64,000 nucleotides of DNA from Camelus dromedarius (lineage: Eukaryota). The position numbers were made by a program, and so were the translations under genes. The stretch is from contig NC_087438.1 of the NCBI RefSeq assembly GCF_036321535.1, positions 5,768,001-5,832,000 on the forward strand, given 5' to 3'. Of this stretch, positions 25,601 to 38,483 are shown in pieces. The notes beneath the pieces were generated by a model, which searched no databases, had not been told where the DNA came from, and was given only the letters and a program-made list of their open reading frames with translations. Positions within the stretch are counted from its first letter, which is position 1. The number at the start of each line of letters is the position of its first letter.

Positions 25601-26390
25601 ATCAGTTACTATCTTTTCCAAATTTGGTATCTTTCTCTTTTTTTCTTGCTGAGTCTAGCTAAAGGCTTATCAGTTTTGTTTGTCTTTTCAAAGAACCAGG
25701 TCTTAATTCCTTCCTTCTGTTAACTTTTGGCTTCATTTGTTCTTCTAGTTCCTTGAGGTACAAAGTTAAGTTGCTTAAATTAGATTTTTTTCTTTTTTAT
25801 TGATGTAGGCATTTATCACTATATACTTCCCTTTACAATTTCTTTTGCTGGCATCCCATTGGTTTTGGAATGTGGCATTTCCATTTTCATTTGTCTTAAA
25901 GTAGTTTTTGATTTCTCTTTTTATTTATTCTCTGTTCGATTTGTTGTTGAGTAGCATGTTGTTTAACATCCACATGTTTGTAAATTTTCCATTTTCTCCA
26001 TTGTGGTTGGAGAAGAAACATTGGGTTGTGATATGATTTCAACCTTCTTAAATGTATTAAGACTTGTTTTGTGGCCTAAGATATGATCAGCCCTAGAGCC
26101 TGTTTCATGTGCACTTGAGAAGAATGTACATTCTGTTGCTTTTGGATAAAATGTTCTGTGTGTATCTGTTAAGTCCATCCGCACCAATGTATTGTTCAAG
26201 GCTGATGGTTCCTTATTGATTTTATCTTAATGATTTATCTACTGATGTAATTTGGCTATTAAAGTCCCCTAATATTATTGTATTGTTGTTTCTCTCTTTA
26301 GGTCTGTTAATATTTATTTTAAATATTTAGGTGCTCCTATATTAGACACATAAGTATTAATAAATAAATACTACATTCTCTTTTTGGATA
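22668..26390 (-). mobile_element. About 3.7 kb 5'-truncated, decayed L1 (ORF2 EN, RT, C-terminus and 3'UTR)
   Basis: ORF fragments: EN (DLTDTHRTFYPKATECTFFSSAH...DHILGHK, 25963-26199), RT (SGTSQRCLLSQVLFNVALEVL...KLPLFADSIMLY, 24646-24921), C-terminus (WKQPKCP, 23107-23289). Many stops and frameshifts. Confidence 0.95.
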
Positions 26391-27689
26391 TAATAATATA
26401 CGTTTACAAACTTGTATAAATAAATATAAAAGATATAGTTTTATTGTGTTAAATTTCTGAAACTTGTGAGTTATCTGTAATAACACTGACATCACCCTGT
26501 ATGACAGAGACTTGCACTAAATCCTAACTCTGACTATGGTGTACACTGTTTGATACTCTATTAAAGTGACTTGAAACTTCACAGAGTGGATTTGAGAAGC
26601 ATTGTGGGGAGAAGGTGGGAATCCAGACAGGAGGTCATTCAGTTTTCTGGAATTACAACTAGCCCCACAGGAAACTTGAGGCTCAATACATGTGTTTTTC
26701 AATCTCATTTTTGGCCTTCATCTAAAAGTAGGCAATTTATGTGATTGAACCTCTATTTTCTTCTCCTATCCTGCTACATTTGAGGAATAAATGGAGATCT
26801 GAAGGAGAAATTTGGAATTAGAAAGCTGGGATTCATAAATTCACTACTAACAAGAGACATATTGTTGCCAAAATGATAAAGAGATATACAGTTTCCGCTT
26901 CACAAGAGTATATCTGTGTCAAAGAAATGTATTTCCATCCTGTGCACATAAAATAAAATCTATGAATGTAACATAGTACGGTCTCTGAAGAAACAATCCT
27001 TTTTAATATTTCTAAAACATGCCTGTTTTTCTGGAGTTCTTCCAGGAATAAATTAAAATGTTAAGCTTTTATGATTCCTATCTTTTATTGTGGTTCATTT
27101 GTGCAGATAATTCTCCTTAATGAGATGATACCCATGGGCCAGGCCATATTCTTTAGAGAAGCATCAATGCTTGACACTTGTGTCTCCTGGAAGTACCATG
27201 GTCAGTTCCCCGTGCAGGGGCAGGGAGGGCCTTCCTGTTTAGGTGCAGGTGTGGGGTTGAGCCCGCCTGCTGAGGAAGTCAGCTACGTGCAGGATCCAGG
27301 CAGTTCTAGAACTTGACAATGGACCAGGGGATTCTGCCCTCTGTGCACTGCACACTTGCCTCAGAGGGTCAGGGACTGAAAGTCAATCAGAGAAGGCCCA
27401 AGAGTCGTGGTAGAATAAACAACAATCAGTTCACTTAGGTGGACTACAAAGTTAATACTAAACAGCCAGCTTTCATGCTTCACCAAGCCATGTTTAATTC
27501 TGCAATGGTCCCATTCCAGCTTCTGGAATAGGGATGTTGAGACCTGCCCTTAAGTGTGATGCTCCTTGTTGGCCTAAATCTCAGAGAAGATTGGATAGCA
27601 GTATTTTGCAAGTCTCTGGTTATTCTGGGTCCTTCAGTTAAATGCCTACGAACCTCTCCATCTGTAAAAATCACAACCGCATCTTCCCC

Positions 27690-28420
27690 GTTGCTTAAGT
27701 GAAACCTTCGGAAGCACCCTTCACACCATTACTTTGTGAGAAGCCTGTCTGCACCGCCTTCAGAATGTCTCCACAACTGCCCGCTTCCCCTCACCCCCCA
27801 CAGCCCCACTCTGGTCTGAGTCATCAGCACCCCTTGCCTGGATGATTGCAACAGTCTTTGAGGGATTGCCGGTGCCTCTGCTTTAGGCCTGCCTTTCTAC
27901 AGTCTATTATTAACAAAACTGGGATCTTTAAATGTACGAAAATTTCCCTCCTTTGATCAGTCCCTTTCATTGGTTTCTAACTCATTCAAGGTAAAAACAA
28001 AATCCTCTTAAAATGGCCTCTCAGGTCCCAGCCTGTGGGTTTTCCCTAATTTTTTGAGATCTTTCCTTCCACCGCTCTTCCTCTTGATCATTCCATTGAC
28101 CTCTCCTGCTGTTCCCAGCACACTCCAGGCTTGCTCCCAACTTGGGGTCCAGGCCCGGCTGCTCTCTGTGCCCAAGTGCTCCTTCTCCAGTCAACCACAT
28201 GCCCTCTCCCATCAGGATATTAACTCTCTGTTTACACTCTCTGCTTTATTTTTCCTTTAGGACTTACCAATATTTTACATATTGCATATTAAAGTTTTTC
28301 ATATTTGTCTCTTTATAGGCATATAAGGATGTAGAATTTTGTCTGCTTCACTGCTACATCCCAATGCCTAGATGGTGGCTGGTGGGCAGTAGGTGCTGAG
28401 TAAATGTATGTTCAATATGG
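27690..28420 (+). mobile_element. L2 LINE 3' portion
   Basis: cttgcctggatgattgcaacagtc...ccagcacactccaggcttgctccc...cttcactgctacatcccaatgcctag...cagtaggtgctgagtaaatgtatgtt (L2 terminus). Confidence 0.8.
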
Positions 28421-30888
28421 GACTTGTATGAATCATACAAATGTTTTATCCACAAAAGGACTGCTATTGCTGCTATGTGTTGTCAAAGTAATAGCAAGTT
28501 CATAGTAAGTATTTATACTTTACATTAAAAGCTTGCATGTATCTCTTAGGTCCAATTCTGTGCTGATTTTGTTTTACATTGAAATGAGGAGAAGGGACAA
28601 AAGTAAAATTGTTATCTCTCAGTTTCCTGTGAAAACTGCCATATTTTAGTACAGTTAACTCAAATTAGTCTTCTGCAAGATTTTATGAAGTTTATTAGGT
28701 GTGATATGTGTGGGCTGTTTACCTTTTCTGTTACTGATTGTCTGGTTGTTTTTGTTGTTGTTATTGTTCTGTTTTGAGTGTAGTCAGTCAGTGGATAACA
28801 TTCACCACCCATCCACCGTGTGCCAGGCACTCTGTGTGACCCAGGCGGAGATAAGACACGGCAGAGGCCAGGGCCACAAACATTCTAAAAGGGTAGACTG
28901 CCACCATGCTTCACTCGCAGAGGCCGCACTGGCTGTGATCAGTAACTCCCGGTTAGGCAAGAGGTCTCGGCAGCAAGAATCTGTGGCGAGAAGGAGGTAG
29001 ACAAGGAGCTGATGATTATTTTTCCTAACAGAACTATGAACAGGCAAATCTTCCCATTTATTAGTAAACTGTGACAGGTGGGTCATGAGTGGATAGATAT
29101 ATGATTGAATTCTGTTCTTCTAGCAACATAATATCATTAAATTACTAGATTATTAAAGTAGTGTTTGTTCCAGGAGGCCTCTCATTTAAATGTATATACT
29201 GTTGGTACATTAGTGTGAATTATTTATCAGGATCTTTATGAAATACTTTGAGCCCAGTGGAACTGAAGGGGAAGGTAAACGATGAGAGAGACAGAGACAG
29301 ACAGAAAGACAGAGAGGAGACAGAGAGGAGTAAGACCACGAGCCAATGGGTGGAGTCTTCCCGAACCCAAAGGAGAAAAGGAGAGGAGACACCGCCCTAC
29401 TTTGAAACTGTAGGAAGGAAAGAATTTAGACCGAAAAACAGGCTGCTTTATCCAAGAGCAGTGGCCCGGGTGATTTTCACTGCCACCCCCGACGGGTAAC
29501 TTTCAGAAAGCAGAATGCTTCACCCTTCCATTGTTACAGGCACTGATGTCCGAGTGTTCTTGGGGCTCATTCTACTCCTGTTTGCACAGGATGGGGAATT
29601 TCACTTGTGAGACAGGAATGAAAATCACACCAACCCGACTAACTGGTTGTGCGTGGAAACTCAGGTTGACGACGAGTTTCCGCCCTGATTCCTGCCCCAG
29701 AGGCCGCACACACCGGGCCTGTTCTCCTGCTCACAGCAGCTGCCGCTGCTGCCGGCTGAACGTGTTAGTCCTGCCGACACTGAACAGGATGCAGATGATT
29801 TTCCCTGAGCGCTCCCAGCACGCGGCGGTGCTCTGCTCAGCCACTGGGAGGAGTGACAGGGAAATGAAGCAGTTTTGCTGTGCCACGAATACAGGAGGTG
29901 TGAGTCTTCACCCCAAGCTCCCCATTTCTAGACAGCTTGACAGGGAAACAGCTGAGAAGCAGTTTAGTATGTTTAATCCCTGTGAGTGTTCACCTTGAAA
30001 AATCAGTGTTTCTACTCTTATTGCTCTCTGAAAATATATGTATTGCTTTTGACTTTTGGAGATAGAAATTAAACACTTCATATACTAAAATAAAAATCGA
30101 GTTTTAAAGTAAAAAATTAAAAAAAAATAATCCCAATGTAATACCTGAGTACCTCTAGGTGTTTTTTATTAAAACATATAATTTGTTGCCTCCCTGTTAG
30201 GACTCCAAGAATGTGCTAACATACTTCCTAATACCTCATTTTTGCTTCTTTTTCATAAAGAGAAAAAAGCAGCTTTACATACTCATCTTTTTTTTTTTTT
30301 TTGGAAAATAATGCTGTTACAAAACTATTCAAAAAGTTTTGGTTACTCTGGTAGAAATATACAGATTTCTGTTACAAATGAAAGTGGATAGAAACAAATA
30401 CTACAAACAAAAACCATTTCAATTCTAAACATTTTTCCATCCCCTACCCTTATTCGGTGGTTTCTAAACTGTTTGACCTAATTTCCAGTTCCACTGACAT
30501 CCCCTGGGGCATAAACCTTTAAAGGAATCCAGCAGACCCCACACACTCACAGCTCACATGCTCCTCTGTGAGGACATCCACTGTAGTGCTCTGAATCGCC
30601 TGTTTCCTCCCAGAAGGATAGTCTTACAGTCATTAGCACTGGTTTCTGTTTGCAAATGGCAGCCACTAATACTAACCATTGTTTGACAGGTGGCTCTTTG
30701 CAGTTCAGATCTGCCTGTCTCTGGGGTCCCTGTTCTGAGAACTCCAACGTCATTGTGTCTCAGCATGGCCTGCCTCACATAGTGTTTCACCTTTCATAGT
30801 AAGAGATGCCTGGCTTATCTACCTGGTTCTATTCAAGACGCTTTTAGCTCTGGCAATTTTCTAGGCTCAAAAGACATCATGCTTCATC

Positions 30889-31231
30889 CTCTTGACCTAA
30901 AACAAATAGACCAGCAGGTGTTTTTCCAGCAAAAATGGGTTTATTTAGTACAGGTTTTAGCAGAGAACCGCAATTCAGGGTCTGCAACCATGGCAAGCCA
31001 TGTGCAAATTCCTGAACAGCAAGGGAGGGAGAATGCTTTCCTAGGAGGGAAAAGAAGTTGAGAGGGTTACAGTAAGCAAAGAATCCACAACTTTTCATTG
31101 GCTGAGTCAGGAAAGAAAAGGAATCTTTCTTCTTTCTGTTGGGCTCTGCTACGGTCTCAGGGATTCAGAGCTCCCTGACCTGGCCTCCTAACTTCATTTA
31201 GTTGATGTTTTTGTTTATTAATGTTTTATCA
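30889..31231 (-). mobile_element. ERV1-type solo LTR
   Basis: Minus-strand AATAAA (plus tttatt, about 30940), CCAAT box (plus cattggctgag), LTR-like U5 with terminus ...ggtcaaga. Confidence 0.6.
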
Positions 31232-31879
31232 TCTATAGCAATGAAGATCCAAAGGACTTGGTCTGCCCCAGGAGACAGCAGCCTGAAGCAGCACAGAGAT
31301 GGGACATCTCAGCCCCATGGGATGCAGATCAGACCTAGGTGCTTCCAAATTCATTAATTATCTGTGGACAGAATAAAGAAGGATATTCAACTCCCAAAGT
31401 GGTCACAAAGACAAGCAGACTTCCCTAGTCACCCTAGAAGCTGATTACCATGTATACGTGGATCTCCCTCCAGCATAATGTCTGTCTTTCCCAAGAGCAT
31501 CCTTCATGCAAGATATGGAGGAACATCTGAAAAGGAACACAGAGAACTGAGGGCTACTGAGCTTACAGAACAAAACTTATGGCTATTCTGGACCTGCTTA
31601 CTAAAAATAACATTCATCCTTTACATGTTCTACACGTAGCACAACTTGGCTGTAACTTGCTTTCACATCCAATACCAAGGAAGGAAACTTAAAGAACTTG
31701 CCAGTTTCTAACTATCAGTGCGTACAATTTTTACCAAAACGATTCAGTTGCACACAATGTATTCTCAGGTTAGTTTACAAGAGGCACCAATGGCAGATAC
31801 CACCACCAACAGAATTTCATTCAGAGCTGCCAGCTGCCTTTACCCCTACTCCTACATGACACCTCCTGGGACTGAGTCA

Positions 31880-31922
31880 GAAGGAAGGAAGGAAGGAAGG
31901 AAGGAAGGAAGGAAGGAAGGAA
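31880..31922 (+). repeat. (GGAA)n microsatellite, about 10 units
   Basis: Directly visible perfect aagg repeat 31881-31920. Confidence 0.95.
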
Positions 31923-33029
31923 AAGATACTATTTAAACACACACAATGATAGCTAAGTTCTACTATTAATGTTAACTGTTTCACAGTACAACAAATCTGT
32001 ATGCAATGCCAAATTGCTACCTGAATAAAAGCCTGTTACTTTTTCTCTTGCTCCTTTATATTATGCTATGGAGCTTAATCAAAGAAATAGTTTTATTTAG
32101 TTTTATTTATTTAAACCTTTATTTAGTACAATCTATTTTTAATCAATCAATTATTATGTCACCTGACATTACTGGTTACAAAAATGGTTAAGCAGCCACT
32201 TCTGGGAGATTGAGATGAAATCCACAAAGGATGCTGGTTTCTGGGATTTGTCATAAATAGGAAGCTCTTTTTAGTCTGGGCTCTGAGAGGAAGAATTTTT
32301 CCCTAAGTGTTGGCCTCAAACATCTCTAAATTGAGCTAAATTCACTGGAGAGAATTCAGACACCGCCACCCTCAGCTGGCTAAACAAAGACATATGGGAT
32401 GCTGCATTTTCAGTCATTTTAATCCATTCAACACTGGCTATCACCAGCCATTTTTCATAGCGGGTTGTTCTCTTCTCCCATCTGTTGAGCCAAAGCTTCT
32501 AACCTCTTGCAATACCTCATTCACAGTATCTAAAGGGAATTGACAGAGGGCTGAAGAATGAATATAATTTCCTAGATGGTACCAACATTCCACCTGCACA
32601 ATGGTCTCCCTGGCCCCTCAGGCAGAGATTCAGAGTGCACCAGATTCTGGAACCATCTCAGCATCAGGGCTGTACTAAGGAGAGAGATAAGAATGCCACT
32701 GTCTCTTTTGTGTAAGACTGTTGGTGTTCTCCAAAAGATCCATTGTTTTTCCTCAATACATTCATGGTGACTTTTGGCAACAGCCCTTTGGGGTTTCCTT
32801 ACATCACCATGTGAGGCACAGCCGAAAGCCAAATCAACACTGCTCTCCAGGGGGAAAGAACTTTCCAGAGCTGCATTCTGACTGTGCGAAGGACATGTGT
32901 TTCCCTCCAACTTCCTGAAGTCTTCCTGCTTTTCCTAAAAGCTGAGGAAAGATAGTCAGCTAGGATTAAGAAAATAGATGGGGGAACATGGTAGTCAGGG
33001 AAAGGAGTAGAAGGAAGGGGAAGAAAAAG

Positions 33030-35480
33030 TTAAGCTGGTAGAGAAACACTTGTGAAGGTCACAGCCCGAGACACAGCTGCCTAGAGCTGACATTTAACCG
33101 ACGCAATGACAGAGCACTTCTCCTCTCCTTCACACCACACCAACAGGGCACCAGAATCATCATATCTACAGAACACTCTATCCAACAGCAACAGAAAAAA
33201 CATTCTTTCATGCTCACATGGAATATTCACCAAGATAGACCATATAACACACAATATAACAGTCTGGGCCATATAACATACAATAACAAAATTAAGAGGG
33301 TAGAAAGTATGTTCTCAGACCACAATAGAGTTAAACAAACAAACAAACAAATCCGTAACAGAAAGAGAGAGGGATAATCCTTCAAATATTTGGAAATGTA
33401 ACAACACACTTCAAAGTAATCCAGATTAAAGAAGTTGCAAGAGAAATTTTACAATACATTGAAGTACATGAAAAGAAAATATAATAGTACAATTTGTGGG
33501 ATATGATGAAAACAGGACATAGAAGGAGATCTATAGCATTTTGTGAATATGCTACAAGAGAAAAGGATCTAAAATAAATAACCTAAACTTTCATTTTAGG
33601 AAACCAGAGAAAAAAGGGCAATTTAAGGCCAAAAGAATCAAAAAAAGAAAATGATTTTAAAAATAGAGCAGAAATCGTGGACCAGAAAACAGAAAGAAAA
33701 AAAATGAAGAACATCAAAGAAACAAAAAAGTTGTTTTTTTGAAAGGTCAATTAAATTAATAAACCTCTAGCCAGTCAAATGGAAAAATAAAGAAAGATAC
33801 AAATGATCAAGTTCAGAAATGAAAGTCATTACTAATACTGATTCCACAGATTAAAAGAATAATAAAAGGGTACTATGAACAACTCTGCCAACAAACTTGA
33901 TATTTTAGATAAAATGAACCAGTTTCTTGAAAGGCATAAACTGCCAAAATGCAAACAAGAATAGATAATCTGGATAGCCTACATATATTAAAGAAACTGA
34001 ATTAATAATTAATAACTTTCTAAAATAGAAAACACCAGGCTCAGACCACAAAACTTGTGGATTTCACCAAACCTTTAAGAAAGAAATAATACCAGTTTTC
34101 TTCCAGGTTATATACAACCAGATACAGACATTCCAGACAGGAAGCTAGAGCTAAATATCCTTCATGAACATAGATGCAAAAGTCCTCAACACATTTTTAG
34201 CAAATTGAAGACAACAATTTCTAAATTATACACCATGACCAAGTGGGATTTATTCCAGGTATGAAAGACTGGCTCAACATTCAAAAAATAGACAAACTGA
34301 TTCTAAAGTTTATATGAAAAAAAACAAAAGATCTTGAATAGCCAACAAAATACACACAAAAAAACCAAAGTTGGAGGACCCACATTACCTGATTTCAACA
34401 TTTACTATAAAGCTACAGTAATCAAGTCGTTGTGGTACTGGTCGAAGACCAGACACACAGATCAGTGAAACAGGATATTCAGTCCGGATGAATATAGTCA
34501 ACCGATCTTCGACAGAAGTGTAAAGGCCAATTCATGGAGATGGTGTAGTCTCTTCAATAAACAGTGTTGGAACAATTGGATGTCCATATTCAAACAAACA
34601 AACAAAAACTCCAGAAAACAAACAAAAACTAAATGAAGACCTTATATTTTTCATAAAAATTAGCTCAAAGTGGAACACATATCTAAACGTAAAACATAAA
34701 ACTATAAAATTTCTAGAAGAAAAACATAAGAGAAAACCTGTGTGTCCCTAGGTTTGGTGATAAGGTTTTGGGAGAGGGCACTGACCTAAGAAACTCTGCA
34801 AATGTCTGGAGTCTGTAATACTAAAGGCAGAAGGAACTATACATAAGCACCATACTCTAACTGGAAAAGTCTTTTTCCCCCAAGAGTACAAGTTAACAAT
34901 TCTGAAGTCACTATATGTGCAAAACTGAAATTAAATAATTAAGTAAGTAGATGGTAGATAGTAAGAGCCAGGAGTTTCCTGGTTGGGAGTGGGAGGTTAC
35001 AAACAGATAAGAAAAGAGAGAAGGGTAGAATAGTCCATATGGTTAGGATTAGGGTTGGAGACATCAGTATGAACACATGTTTAGCTTTTTACTGATGTGT
35101 ATACAGACCAGCTGGCACACACACACATGCTTCTGTGCTCTCTCAGCTGAGAGAACATAAAACAATAACATCCTAGTAGCACAGAGCACACCCAGGTCTT
35201 GGTTTCTAACACCATTCTCCACTGAAAGGAAGCAGGGCTCCTTGGAGAAATGGATGATTCCAGAACTGGGGCAGGAAATATACACGATGAGCTTGAAGTA
35301 TCTTATAGGTCCAGAAAGTACACAAATGTGCAAATATATATAAACAAACAAACACCCACAATGAAGGCACGTCACAGGAACACAGGAGCCAGCTGAAAGA
35401 ACTCCCAATGGCCAAAGCTGGAACAATTTGGGCAAAATAAATAAATAAATTAGCGCTTGATTCTAACTCTAAAGATAAGG
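33030..35480 (+). mobile_element. Old L1 (L1MD-like) with large internal deletions: 5' piece, ORF2 pieces, 3'UTR
   Basis: EN region (atctacagaacactctatccaacagcaacagaa...catggaatattcaccaagatagacc), RT start (catgaccaagtgggatttattccaggtatg), post-RT (attacctgatttcaacatttactataaagctacagtaatcaag), L1MD-type 3'UTR (ggagccagctgaaagaactcccaatggccaaagctggaacaattt). Confidence 0.88.
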
Positions 35481-35899
35481 TGTTCCCGCATGGATTAATT
35501 TTGCTTTGGATGGGAATCTCCAAGGACATCCTGCAAAGATGTGTCCTCCACCCAATGCTGATGAGAATTAATTCAAAATTGATTTGAATGGAGATATATA
35601 GGGCCTACTACTGAGCTTTGCTGATGGCATAAAGCAGACAGGAATTAAGAATGTCTTGAACAATATAAAACCAATGCGAAAAAGATTTCCCATCTACGGA
35701 AATATGTTGGATCCCCGACTGACCTTCCAGTTCAATCACTTAGAAAGTATCAGAGAAACACCGACCATGCCTCATGTACTGCTGACAGACGTGAACAGGG
35801 CTACCAGGAGCATCTGCTTTTCCAGAATATTGTATTCAATGGGTGATGGGATAATTAGTGACTTTGGGGCAGGGCAACTTTGACTACCGCGGTCAGCAA

Positions 35900-36180
35900 A
35901 GGCCCCTCTGGGGCACTGATCTGTAAATTACACCTGGATATGAGGCCAGACAGAGATAATCTGGAAGAAGCATGCTCCAGGCAGATGGTACAGTAAATGT
36001 GGTTGATGAACAGAGAAAAGGAGCAGAATGAGAAAGGGTTAATGCAGTAAGTTGAGGACTGAAATGCTGAGACTGGCCGGAGGTGGCCAATTACGTAGGT
36101 CCTTGCAGGCTGTGGTAAGGAGTTGGGTTTTATTTTAACTGGAATCAGGAGTCTTTAGTAGATTTAGGAAGTGATGGGTG
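35900..36180 (-). mobile_element. L2 fragment
   Basis: tccaggcagatggtacagtaaatg...ccttgcaggctgtggtaaggagttgggttttatttt. Confidence 0.65.
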
Positions 36181-37149
36181 GGCTCCGACTTTTGAGCCAC
36201 AGCTCCCATCAGAGTAAGCCCTGTTTCGATGATTGTCCTTAATGTTTTATGTCCTTAATGTTAATGCTCACCCAACTGTGTCTTGGTTTCCATGGATCCA
36301 AACCACAAGGTCAAGATTCCTTGACTGCCCATGATTTCTTAGGGTAAGTATCACCGCCACCATCTGCCTTCTCTAACTTCTGTCCTCTTTGGCTTAAGAT
36401 GATCTGAGAGAGTCTTCGCAACCATAAACACCTACAACCACAGGAAGGAAATAACTGGAGGAAAGTCTCTCATTACTACTACTTCCAATGAGCATAAGGA
36501 TCTGTCAGCTCAGAGCAGCCTAAGCGTAAATGCCTTCATCTAGGACCATAATGGCCAAGGTGTTTCATCTATTCAAGACTTGCTCCATTTGTTTGTTTGT
36601 TTTGTATTTGTTTTTATTATTTATAAGAAGTAACTTTTTTTCAGGGATTTTGCTGCTACGTGTGCTAACCTTTCCAAAAAGCATTCAAATAATATATAAT
36701 AAAAATATAAATTTCAGTGAAAAATTAAATAATGCTGACAGGTCAGGCATTCTAGCACACAGCAGACAGTGCTCTTAATTTAAATTGGACTTTGTACATT
36801 GCCCCTTTCCTCTTCAACATGTTTCCCAGGGGATTCTTCTCTGATGATGAAATAAATCAAGTCCACATAACTGTACAGAGGTTATATAGTTTTTAAGTTA
36901 CTTTATTCTGTTCTGTTCAAATGTTTTGCAACCTTATAAATGGAAGATATGACTTCAGCCCCCAAGAATGACTCCAGCAAAGATGCTGAATCATGAGATG
37001 CTCTATCAGTGGCTGTCAGTTCACATTCTGCTGAGAAAAGTTAGAGACCCACGTACCTGTGAGTGACTTTTAAGCCCCGAGTAACTGAATGAGATAACCT
37101 CAGGGTAGGCTGTTTTCCAGTAGGCAGGTTCCTATACCCTAAATTCAGT

Positions 37150-37330
37150 CTGAGCTTCTCAGAAAGCGAAAGGAGAGGCATTTTAGAGCTCTGACCTCAA
37201 AGGGAGACCTTGAACAGCTTAACCCAACAGGGATGGCCTGGGGCGACAGGATAGATGAGAGGCCAAGTAAATCCTCTTAAAGTGAAAGTGCGGCCGCCGT
37301 GGGTGTCGGCGCTGGGCGGGCCAGGGGAGT
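37150..37330. promoter_or_regulatory. Candidate interferon-responsive promoter/enhancer (GAS + two IRF elements + GC box)
   Basis: TTCTCAGAA (37156-37164) overlaps GAAAGCGAAA (37162-37171); AAAGTGAAAGT (37279-37289) is followed by a CpG cluster GCGGCCGC and GGGCGGG. Confidence 0.45.
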
Positions 37331-37798
37331 TGAGTCCCTGGGAATCACAAGTGGCCAGAAAGTGGCTGCACTGAGGCATCTTTGGCTTACAAATTAGAGA
37401 CTTCTTATCTACAGAACAAGGGGACCCAGTTTTAGTTAGGAGGGTGAAAGCTTAGAAGAGCAGTGTACAAAATCATAAAACAGAAGAAAACACGAGAGCA
37501 AGTAACCTGTTGCTACCAAATTTCAGGCACAGTGTGTCAGAATTCAGGCCTCATACGCTTCATCTAATGTAGTGTCGGGATCGTTGGCCAGCATCATCAC
37601 ATCCCCATGCTTGACAAAAACCTGCGGACACCATGAACACAGCATTCAGCGTGTGCGCACTGACTTTACAGAGGGGCCATATTTGATGTGCATGACTAGG
37701 ATTAATTAAATAATTAAATAAGGTTAAACCTTATACAAGGCGTTAGTTCTAGAAGAAGGAGCAAAAGAACTTGCATCCAATGACTTGTGGTTCTAGAC

Positions 37799-37976
37799 CA
37801 GCTGTTCCCAAACTTGAGTGAGCATTAGAATTATTCAGAGGGCTGCTCAAAACACGGTTTGTTGGTTTCCTCCCCAAGATTCCTGAATCAGCAGATGGGG
37901 CTGGGGAATTTTCATTTCTAATAGTTCTCAGTGATGTGGGGCGGCTGGTCCCAAGACCGGGCCCTAATTACCACTG
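37799..37976. mobile_element. MER5A-like hAT DNA transposon remnant
   Basis: cagctgttcccaaacttgagtgagcattagaatta...agattcctgaatcagcagatgggg...catttctaatagttctcagtgatg...accactg. Confidence 0.75.
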
Positions 37977-38382
37977 TTTCAGGCTAGAGACAGAGGGAGA
38001 GAGCTCGGAACTGAGCACCAAGCTAGCACTAGAGAATGTCCACCAGGATGAAGCAAGACAGACCAAAGTCACTGCCTGACGTTGAGAGTGTTTCATATCT
38101 GCTGTATTTCAAATCAATTGTTATCTACCTCACTGTATTCTAAACTAGATAACTGGTATTAATCTCATTTTCTTGATAGTAAATGATTCAGAGTCCCAAG
38201 ATGTGAAGCTAACTTGGTATTAAGAATAGTAACAACAGTAGATAAAGGGACCCCGATCACAAGTGATTCTTATGTCCCTAAAACACCCGAAGTTTAGGAT
38301 CACTGTGCAGTGAGAGATTACGATTCCTCAAGTACACTACGGTTTTATTTTTTTTTTAATTTATTTTCCTTATCCTCCATAC

Positions 38383-38483
38383 AAGGCCTCTAATCTGCAG
38401 ACCTGTGAGCTAGTACATGGGTGTTACCTTAAGCTGCTAAATTTATATGAATTAGCAGTAAGCAACAACAGAAAACGAACACA
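38383..38483 (+). mobile_element. MLT1 LTR 3' end fragment
   Basis: ctgcagacctgtgag...gttaccttaagctgctaaattt...gcaacaacagaaaacgaacaca. Confidence 0.6.

Noticed and set aside
29531..29998. 155-aa Cys-rich ORF
   Set aside because: TTG start, no regular Cys/His motif and no convincing splice context; more likely non-coding.
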